Of a DNA stretch of 33,233 bases, positions 26,799 to 33,233 are shown one piece after another (position 1 is the first letter of the stretch; the number at the start of each line of letters is the position of its first letter). The notes beneath the pieces were generated by a model. That model saw only the letters and a program-made list of their open reading frames with translations. It had not been told where the DNA came from and made no database searches. Source of the stretch: Pseudomonadota bacterium (lineage in GTDB: Bacteria; Bdellovibrionota; FAC87; UBA2466). The stretch is taken from NCBI GenBank assembly GCA_043767805.1, contig JAYUGC010000077.1, positions 1 through 33,233 of the forward strand. The letters run 5' to 3'. A program made the position numbers and the translations under genes.

Positions 26799-27662
26799 CT
26801 AAAACACCCTGTCCCACACCAATAGAAGGCCCAGGGCGGGGAGATAGACGATGGAGTAGAGAAAGAGCGCCCGCGCGTAGGCGTGATTGCGGCGGAGCGC
26901 GAGCTTCGCGCTCAAGACGAAAAAGAGAAGGCCCAGCCCCAGCGCGCCGGCGAAATACACTTCTCCCGCGATGCCCCACACGCTCGGCACGAGAGTCAAA
27001 GGCAGAAGCACCATCGCGTAAACGAGAATCTGCTTCGCGGTCATGAGGCCCGCTTTATCGACGACGGAAAGAATGGGAAAGCCGCCGCGGGCATAGTCTT
27101 CGCGGTAGATCCACGCGATAGCTAAAAAGTGCGGAATCTGCCACAGAAAGAGGAGCGCGAAGAGCCAAGCGCCGCCAGGCCCGATGCGCCCGTGAGAAGC
27201 GACATAGCCCATCAAGGGAGGCATCGCTCCGGGAATCGCGCCGACTAAAGTCGACATGGAGCTCACCCGTTTTGACGGCGTGTAGATCCCGAGATAAAAG
27301 AGCAGCGTCAAACCACCGAGTACTGCGGTGGTGGGGTTCACCAAGAAAAGCAGAATCAGCTCGCCAACGATCGCGGTCGAAAAGCCCATGATGAGCGCGT
27401 AATGGGGCGGAATGCGCCCCGACGGAAGCGGGCGATCCATCGTACGCCACATGAGCGCGTCGATGTCGCGCTCGAGGTACATGTTCAAGGCGCCGCAACC
27501 CGCGCCAACCAAGGCGATACCGAGAAGCGCGTAAATAAAAGGCAGCGGAGCAATAGGGCCATTCGTTCCCAGGAAATATCCGAGCGAAGCCATCATCAAA
27601 GCGAGGAGACAGATGCGCGGCTTCGTCATTTCGATGAGGTCGTGGATCAAACCTTGGTTCAT
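26799..27662 (-). CDS. cyoE: heme o synthase (protoheme IX farnesyltransferase)
   Basis: TKPRI, LNMYLERDIDALMWRT.DRPLPSG, GAIPGAMPPLMG, WQIPHFLAIAW.YREDY. Confidence 0.96.
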   Translation of the reverse strand: MNQGLIHDLIEMTKPRICLLALMMASLGYFLGTNGPIAPLPFIYALLGIALVGAGCGALNMYLERDIDALMWRTMDRPLPSGRIPPHYALIMGFSTAIVGELILLFLVNPTTAVLGGLTLLFYLGIYTPSKRVSSMSTLVGAIPGAMPPLMGYVASHGRIGPGGAWLFALLFLWQIPHFLAIAWIYREDYARGGFPILSVVDKAGLMTAKQILVYAMVLLPLTLVPSVWGIAGEVYFAGALGLGLLFFVLSAKLALRRNHAYARALFLYSIVYLPALGLLLVWDRVF

Positions 27663-28654
27663 GCAAGCCCCCGGCTCAAAGACGGCATTACGAAGACCGA
27701 GTCATCCCGGCGCAGGCGAAATACCCGAACGGTCAAAGTCACCGAAGTGGCGAGGCAAAGCGCGCCCACACCCAAATGCAAAGTCGTGAGCGGCACGGGG
27801 CGCTTCATCCAGATCACCATGGCGCCGAGCATGCCTTGAAAGCTCACCAAAGCAATGAGAGCACCGGCGTGGCTCACGAGGCTCAAGCGGTCTCCATTTC
27901 GGGTGAAGATGCGGAAAGCCAAAATCGCCGAGAGTAAAACCACGGTGAGCGCGCCCGCCCGGTGGGCAAAGTGAATGGCGATTTGAAACGTGAACTCCGG
28001 CGGAATCGCGCGGCCGAAGGAAAGCGGGAAATCCGGAATGGCGAGCCCCGCGCCCGAATGGCGCATCACCGCGCCCATGAGAAGCTGGGCGAAGAACGCG
28101 AGGGAAGTGAGGAGACACCAAGTCGGCAAAGACGAATCTGACGCCGAGAGCGTGAACTGAGGGCCTTCCCAGCTGGGACTCGTCACCATGGCGAGGCAAA
28201 CGACGATGCAAAAGAAAGTCTGCGCGAGTAACGCGTGCCCGACGGAAACACCAACGGGAAGCCGGAAGAGGACCGTCATGCCGCCCAGGACCGCTTGCGA
28301 AAGGACTACGCCGACGGCCGCGATGCCCAACGCGCGTACCCAGGAACGGGCCTCGAATCTCCAGAGCAGGAAGGCCAGGCAGACCGTTAGGATCGCGACG
28401 GTGCCCGCGATGAGACGGTGGCCGTGCTCGAAAATCACGCCGCCGATCATTTCCGGAAAAAGGGTGCCGTAGCTGAGCGGCCAATCGGGAACCGCGAGAC
28501 CGGAGCCGGTGCTCGTGACCAGCGCGCCCGCTAATAAGAGGAAAAAAGTGCAAAGCGCCGTACCGATCGCAAACTGATGGACGAAAATTCTCGGTCGGGC
28601 CATGCCCGTACCGAGGGCGGGCTTGCCCGCCGTAGTGGAACGAAGGCGGGTCAT
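27659..28654 (-). CDS. ctaA: heme A synthase, COX15/CtaA family
   Basis: GALVT..GSGLA.PDWP, EHGHR, GH, HFAHR, LHL. 8-TM protein with internal duplication. Confidence 0.9.
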   Translation of the reverse strand: MTRLRSTTAGKPALGTGMARPRIFVHQFAIGTALCTFFLLLAGALVTSTGSGLAVPDWPLSYGTLFPEMIGGVIFEHGHRLIAGTVAILTVCLAFLLWRFEARSWVRALGIAAVGVVLSQAVLGGMTVLFRLPVGVSVGHALLAQTFFCIVVCLAMVTSPSWEGPQFTLSASDSSLPTWCLLTSLAFFAQLLMGAVMRHSGAGLAIPDFPLSFGRAIPPEFTFQIAIHFAHRAGALTVVLLSAILAFRIFTRNGDRLSLVSHAGALIALVSFQGMLGAMVIWMKRPVPLTTLHLGVGALCLATSVTLTVRVFRLRRDDSVFVMPSLSRGLA

Positions 28655-28986
28655 GCGCCACCCTGTTTAGGGACAGCAGGCATGGGTACGGAAACGGGTT
28701 GAATCAAAGGGGTTCGAGAAGGCTTGGCCACGTCAGCGGTGCGCTTGGAGACGCGAGGCGCGTGCACGAAGAGCAGAACCAGAAGAATGAACGCGGGAGC
28801 GATGTTCCACATGAACTTCAGGCGGACATCGTCTTGATTGAGTCCGGGAATGCCGGATTTGCGGGAATTATAGATCCAGAAGGCTTCGCTCGCGAAAAAC
28901 AGCACAATCGAAACGAAAAGCAGGACCGAGAAGGTGGAGTCCACCCCTTGGAAGAGTGAGTTCAGCTTCGCAAGGGACGACTCCAT
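28651..28986 (-). CDS. small 2-TM protein resembling the N-terminal transmembrane domain of cytochrome c oxidase subunit II (no CuA domain)
   Basis: VDSTFSVLLFVSIVLFF...RLKFMWNIAPAFILLVL parallels CoxII (..D.LF...LE..W..IP..IL). GGAGA RBS before ATG 28986 and ATGA coupling to ctaA. Confidence 0.6.
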   Translation of the reverse strand: MESSLAKLNSLFQGVDSTFSVLLFVSIVLFFASEAFWIYNSRKSGIPGLNQDDVRLKFMWNIAPAFILLVLLFVHAPRVSKRTADVAKPSRTPLIQPVSVPMPAVPKQGGA

Positions 28987-29023
28987 ACCTTCTCCAATCC
29001 TAAACAACTAAACCGAGACCCTA

Positions 29024-29707
29024 TCAGGTTCCGGCGTACGTGAACTCAGCGGCGCCGCCAGCGTCCGACACTTTGACCTTTTCGGTCTTGGTGCCGAGCT
29101 TTTCGTGCCAGGCTTCCACGGTGTACTCACCGGCCGGGAGGCCGTTGATCGTGAACTCGCCCTTGTCGTTCGTCGTGGCGAAGAAGGGATGGTCCATGAC
29201 GTTGACGTAAGCTTGCATCCAGCCGTGCACATCGCACTTCACCTTGACCGCGAGCTCAGGCGTCTTGAAGACTTTGTCGATCGTTTGGCCCTTGGTGTTC
29301 ATGCCTTGGTTGAACTGAGGGTTCTTCTTGGGCAACGCGTGCACGTTGTGCAACGTCGTATCGCTGTTGATGATCTTCAACGGCTGATTGACCATGAGGC
29401 CGATGACGTGCGGGTGGTACTGGCAACCCTTTTGGTCGAACTCGACCGGGGTCGTCACCGGCGTGCCGCCCTTGGCGTCTTTTACGTACACGAACACGTT
29501 TTTGAGCGTTCCGTTGGTGTTGACCGTGATGGTCTCGTCGACGGCCTTGGAATTTTCCTTCGCGCAGAACGGATCCGCGTTCATCTTAAGAGCCTTCGCC
29601 TTGGGGGCGGTGCCCTTAAAGGTGACTTTGCCGGTAAGATTGCCGGCGAAGCTGTTGGTCGCGAGTAACGCGACGGCGAGCAAGGTGACTTGAGCTGTTG
29701 TTTTCAT
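29024..29707 (-). CDS. secreted cupredoxin-like protein within a carboxypeptidase-regulatory-like beta-sandwich
   Basis: Signal peptide (SFA), NSDTTLHNVH and CDVHGWM (C-x2-H-x2-M), and a GEFTINGLPAGEYTVEAWH C-terminus. GAGGAG RBS. Confidence 0.82.
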   Translation of the reverse strand: MKTTAQVTLLAVALLATNSFAGNLTGKVTFKGTAPKAKALKMNADPFCAKENSKAVDETITVNTNGTLKNVFVYVKDAKGGTPVTTPVEFDQKGCQYHPHVIGLMVNQPLKIINSDTTLHNVHALPKKNPQFNQGMNTKGQTIDKVFKTPELAVKVKCDVHGWMQAYVNVMDHPFFATTNDKGEFTINGLPAGEYTVEAWHEKLGTKTEKVKVSDAGGAAEFTYAGT

Positions 29708-29749
29708 AAGGTTCCTCTCCTCGAAACTGTTCGTTTGAAAGCGCACAAA

Positions 29750-29778
29750 ACTATAGATTGGCTCAGGGTGCCACGCAA
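29750..29778 (-). promoter_or_regulatory. sigma70-type promoter for the cupredoxin-cta operon
   Basis: TTGCGT(29778-29773)-N17-TATAGT(29755-29750), upstream of the RBS and ATG 29707. Confidence 0.6.
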
Positions 29779-29796
29779 CAGGCTTTTTGGCCCTTG

Positions 29797-31428
29797 TTAG
29801 CAGGGGCGATCTGCGGCAAGCGGCATCCGGCGGCCCGCTCCGAAAGCATGGGAGGAGACGCGCAATACGGGAGGAAGTTGGTACCGTTTATATTCCGTCG
29901 GCCCAAAGAGCCGCTTATAGGTCGCGACCGATTGGGCGTCGATTCCCGATTGGATGAGCTGGGTATCGCCCAGTCCGCGTTCCACCGACTCCCGCACGAT
30001 GCGGTCCAGAACGTCGTACGGGGGAAGCGTTTCCTGATCCGTCTGGCCTTCACGGAGCTCGGCGGTGGGCGGCCGGGTCAGGACTCGGGCCGGGATGACT
30101 TCCTTTTCGCGGTTCATCCAACGGGCCAAATCGTAAATCTGGCCTTTGACTAAATCCCCGAGCACCGCGAGCGCGCCCGCGGAATCTCCATATAAGGTGG
30201 AATAGCCCGTGGCGATTTCGCTCTTGTTACTCGTGTTCAAAAGAAACGCGCCGCGTTCGTTGGCCAGCCCCATCAAGACCGTCATGCGGATGCGGGGCTG
30301 AATGTTCTCTTGAGTAAGGGACTTGGGATCGCCGCCAAACCATTTCCGCCAAAGCTCCGCGTACTGAGCGCGGAGGGGCTCGATGTCGCAAACCTGATAC
30401 TGAATGGATAAATTCTTAGCGAGCTTTTCCGCGTCTTCCAGACTCGCTTGCGAAGTAAATCTCGTCGGCAGCGCAACGCCCACTACGTTCTCTTTCCCGA
30501 ACGCTTCCGCGGCGAGCACCGCAACCACGCTACTATCGATGCCGCCGCTAAGACCGATGACCGCTTTCGAAACCCCGGTTTTTTTCGCGTAATCGCGTAC
30601 GCCCATGACGAGCGCGCCCTTCAGCCATTCGCACTCGGGCGTGGGCCAGGCAAAGATCTGACCCGTCGCGCCCCACGTCACCTCGACGAGGCTTTCTTGA
30701 AAGGCCGGCCCTTGCGCGAGTGTCTGGCCCGCGGCGGAAACCGCGAGACTCGCGCCGTCAAAGAGGAGATCGTCGTTACCGCCGACTTGATTGCAAAAGA
30801 AAACGGCGCAACCCAGCTCGCGCGCAATCTCTGTGAAGAGCCGCCGCCGGACTTCAGGCTTACCCATGTGAAAGGGACTCGCCGACAAATTGATGAGGCC
30901 GTCGAGACTTTTGCCTTTCAGAGCGTCCAAAGGCTGCTCTTTATAGAGGCGGTCGAGATACCCCGGCCGGTTCCAGGCATCCTCGCAAATTTGCACGGCG
31001 AGTTTTTTCCCGGCCACGGTGAAAATCAGAGGCTCCGTTCCGGGCTCAAAGAAGCGCCGCTCGTCGAAGACGTCGTAGGTGGGAAGGCATTGCTTGCGGT
31101 AGACCGCTTCGACCTTGCCACCGCGCAGGAGCGCCGCCGCATTGGCAAAGGGCGGGCCCCAGGGGGACGGGTTTCTGTCGACGAAACCGACCAGGACGGC
31201 CATCTCGCCCGTTTCAGAGGCGAGCATTCTCAGTATCTCGAGGTTTTTTTCGACGACACAGGGATAGTCGAGCAGATCGCGGGGGGGATAACCCGTGAGA
31301 CAGAGCTCGGGAAACACCACCAGATCGGCGTGCGCGGCACGCGCCCGACCCATCCAGTCTCTGACGAGCGCGGCGTTGCCAATCAGGTCCCCTACTTTGG
31401 GGTCCACTTGAGCCAAAACTATTTTCAC
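29797..31428 (-). CDS. nadE: glutamine-dependent NAD+ synthetase
   Basis: Nitrilase-fold triad FPEL / YRK..LPTYDVFDE / ICED. Synthetase domain GLSGGIDS, ENIQPRIR, NKSE..TGYSTLYGD, PPTAEL. Confidence 0.96.
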   Translation of the reverse strand: MKIVLAQVDPKVGDLIGNAALVRDWMGRARAAHADLVVFPELCLTGYPPRDLLDYPCVVEKNLEILRMLASETGEMAVLVGFVDRNPSPWGPPFANAAALLRGGKVEAVYRKQCLPTYDVFDERRFFEPGTEPLIFTVAGKKLAVQICEDAWNRPGYLDRLYKEQPLDALKGKSLDGLINLSASPFHMGKPEVRRRLFTEIARELGCAVFFCNQVGGNDDLLFDGASLAVSAAGQTLAQGPAFQESLVEVTWGATGQIFAWPTPECEWLKGALVMGVRDYAKKTGVSKAVIGLSGGIDSSVVAVLAAEAFGKENVVGVALPTRFTSQASLEDAEKLAKNLSIQYQVCDIEPLRAQYAELWRKWFGGDPKSLTQENIQPRIRMTVLMGLANERGAFLLNTSNKSEIATGYSTLYGDSAGALAVLGDLVKGQIYDLARWMNREKEVIPARVLTRPPTAELREGQTDQETLPPYDVLDRIVRESVERGLGDTQLIQSGIDAQSVATYKRLFGPTEYKRYQLPPVLRVSSHAFGAGRRMPLAADRPC

Positions 31429-32024
31429 TGCTCTCCGGCGTCCTCTTCGAACACGTCCGAATCTTCGTGGCCGGCTTCCTCGGGCTTGAGCTGTCCCTTA
31501 CCGGAGAAGGTCTTTTCGAATTCCTCCGGCGACAAACCGCCCTCTTCCCAGAAGCTGCGCATGAACGGCCCGCGGACGTGGAGCCAACTGGCTTGCTCCT
31601 CAATAATCTCCGAGGCCCCCTGGAGCAATGGGAAATACCGAACGAAGTGGTCTTTCTGAGACGAGGGCCTGAGGCGCGTGAACCAGGGAAAGAGCTTCGG
31701 AAAGAGAACGACCGTGCCCGAGAACAAAAGCAGCGGCACGGTGAGAAAGAGTACCGCCCGCGAGACGCGCGCTTTGGTAATCATGCGCGGCCGGCGCGGG
31801 TGCGACGCCTGATTGATCTGCAGCGCCATTTCGTGGCTGAGCGGCCGCGAAGGCAAGGCGTGCAAGATGTCCAAGGTGTGCTTCAGATCGCGGTGCACGC
31901 CGGTGCACTCGTTGCACCCGTCGATATGGCTTTTGATCTCCTGCTCTCTCGTCGCGGGAAGTATCCCCTCGATGAAATCCGAAAGCAGGTTCTGGCAGAA
32001 AAAACAGTTGGGCGTTGAGCTCAT
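31425..32024 (-). CDS. zf-HC2 (ZAS) anti-sigma factor, single TM
   Basis: C..LLSDFIEG.L...HIDGCNEC (HxxxCxxC) and a TM helix. ATGA-coupled to both the sigma gene and nadE. Confidence 0.85.
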   Translation of the reverse strand: MSSTPNCFFCQNLLSDFIEGILPATREQEIKSHIDGCNECTGVHRDLKHTLDILHALPSRPLSHEMALQINQASHPRRPRMITKARVSRAVLFLTVPLLLFSGTVVLFPKLFPWFTRLRPSSQKDHFVRYFPLLQGASEIIEEQASWLHVRGPFMRSFWEEGGLSPEEFEKTFSGKGQLKPEEAGHEDSDVFEEDAGEQ

Positions 32025-32599
32025 CGCCGGCGCCCCTCGGTAGCGGGAGGCGAAGGCACTTGGCCTCTCAACCCATCCTTCAATTCAAGGCGTCCCCGGT
32101 GCAGCCGGTGGCGGAACACGCCCCAGCGCACGCCGAGAATTTGCACGACCTCTTCGTCGTCGAAACCCAGCACGTCTCTGAGCACGATCGGCGAGCGGAA
32201 GTCGGCGTCGACTCGCCCGAGCCTTTCCACCACCGCGGTCTCGATTTCCGTGACGTCCGTTTTCTTGCCGTCCCATTTACCGAGAACGTCTCCATCGAGA
32301 TTTCTCAGCACGCGGGTGTCGCGGCCCATGGTCCACTGATACTGCACGCGTACCAGCGCCTCGCGGATTCGCGACCAGCAAGTCTGGAAGAGCTGGATCC
32401 GAGCTTCCTTGGGAACCCAGTCACTAGCCCGCTTTGACGTCAATCGTCGATACACGCTTGCGTAATCATGGAACGTGGCGAGTATGACCTCTTCGGCCAA
32501 AAAGCCGCCATCGAGCATGTAGAAACAGAAGTCGTAAAGCTTCTGATCGTGTTCTTTTAAAAATTCCCGCAGGTCCGGGGCGGTCTTGGCATTCGCCAT
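32021..32599 (-). CDS. ECF-type RNA polymerase sigma factor, divergent
   Basis: Region-4-like RSPIVLRDVLGFDDEEVVQILGVRWGVFRHRLHRGR and region-2-like LYDFCFYML...AEEV. Adjacent to a ZAS anti-sigma. Confidence 0.75.
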   Translation of the reverse strand: MANAKTAPDLREFLKEHDQKLYDFCFYMLDGGFLAEEVILATFHDYASVYRRLTSKRASDWVPKEARIQLFQTCWSRIREALVRVQYQWTMGRDTRVLRNLDGDVLGKWDGKKTDVTEIETAVVERLGRVDADFRSPIVLRDVLGFDDEEVVQILGVRWGVFRHRLHRGRLELKDGLRGQVPSPPATEGRRR

Positions 32600-32606
32600 G
32601 GCGTAA

Positions 32607-32635
32607 AGTCTAGGTCATGGGCCCGGCGTACGCAA
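32607..32635 (-). promoter_or_regulatory. sigma70-type promoter, leaderless configuration, for the sigma/anti-sigma/nadE unit
   Basis: TTGCGT(32635-32630)-N17-TAGACT(32612-32607)-7 nt-ATG(32599). No SD. Confidence 0.6.
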
Positions 32636-32677
32636 TGCCCCAAGGAGCCTGCGGGGAACGTCGTAGCATTAAAACGA

Positions 32678-33133
32678 TCAGAAGTCGAAGTTCAATTCTT
32701 CATCGTGATCGTCGTAGCGGTCGAGACTAAACGGATTCTCGTCGCGCGGCTTGGCCACGCGGATGCCCGTGTCGTACTCTAGGCCTTTGTAGTCGACTTC
32801 CTCTTCGCGCGATTCTTCCTCGTCGCTATTAGGCTTGTAGTCGGCCATCGCCTTCGGACGCCGGCCGCGACGCATTTGGGGACGGCTGAACATTCCGTTC
32901 GGCCCGCCCTTCTTTGCTTCGACGCCGACAGCAGGCTTTGCTCCGGGCTTCGCAGCCACAGGAACGGCAGCCGCCGTCTGGACGATCGGCTTCGCAGGCG
33001 CAGCAGCGACTTTCTTCGCTACTACTGGTTGTTGTTTAGATTTCGCGACGACGACAGGCTTTTTCGGCTCTTTTGTCGCTGCGGTTTTCTTAACAGCCTT
33101 TGCAGACTGGTGAGACTTTGCAGTTTTGGCCAT
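32678..33133 (-). CDS. low-complexity protein: Lys/Ala/Pro-rich N-terminus, RRGRRPK motif, acidic C-terminus
   Basis: 151-aa ORF with a G-rich RBS and strong charge segregation. Confidence 0.75.
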   Translation of the reverse strand: MAKTAKSHQSAKAVKKTAATKEPKKPVVVAKSKQQPVVAKKVAAAPAKPIVQTAAAVPVAAKPGAKPAVGVEAKKGGPNGMFSRPQMRRGRRPKAMADYKPNSDEEESREEEVDYKGLEYDTGIRVAKPRDENPFSLDRYDDHDEELNFDF

Positions 33134-33233
33134 ACACCCCTTCCCCCCAAGAACAGAGTAATTTCCAAACAGCTCAAATCAGATCTATACACTTGCTAAG
33201 GTATATTTATTGGATAACGGCTTTTTGACTTGA

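Noticed and set aside
27702..28661. 319-aa alternative-frame ORF over ctaA
   Set aside because: Arg/Pro-rich off-frame translation. The ctaA frame carries all the family motifs.
30448..31659. 403-aa plus-strand ORF
   Set aside because: Antisense to nadE and the anti-sigma gene, with no recognisable domain.
33209..33217. TTATCCAAT (minus strand) as a DnaA box
   Set aside because: A single 7/9 match at the window edge with no cluster visible.

Overview
Gene-dense, fairly GC-rich bacterial chromosomal window. The protein content (giant Ig-like/RCC1 surface lipoprotein, CHASE2-cyclase-PilZ fusion) is reminiscent of Bdellovibrionota/Oligoflexia-like or related lineages, but this is an unconfirmed impression. 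I found no rRNA, tRNA, CRISPR array or intact mobile element. Left to right: an AT-richer hypothetical ORF and a probable decayed ISL3 transposase fragment; a 1501-aa lipoprotein with 9 Ig-like (ASH/choice-of-anchor D-like) stalk domains and a 7-bladed RCC1 propeller; yjbQ; a DUF4189 protein; GT2, SAM methyltransferase and a GT-C-like membrane protein; a secreted 19-aa-repeat protein; a CHASE2-like/adenylate cyclase/PilZ protein; a possible Tat lipoprotein; a DegT remnant; gnd, an FGGY kinase and an ACS-type MFS transporter; a radical SAM protein; a 4-TM protein behind a sigma54-like promoter; and a REC-GAF-PAS histidine kinase. A long minus-strand run follows, in transcription order: basic/acidic low-complexity protein, atypical ECF sigma, zf-HC2 anti-sigma, nadE, amicyanin-like cupredoxin, CoxII-TM-only protein, ctaA, cyoE/ctaB, ABC-2 transporter, SCO, GT-C-like protein. 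Best candidates for new biology: (1) the heme A/copper assembly operon with no catalytic oxidase subunits but a stand-alone CoxII membrane hairpin next to a soluble type-1 cupredoxin; (2) the cyclase-PilZ fusion that could link c-di-GMP to cAMP; (3) repeated leaderless promoter architecture; (4) a possible lipid-linked glycosylation module near a Ser/Thr-rich surface lipoprotein. All family calls come from motif recognition by eye, not database searches.
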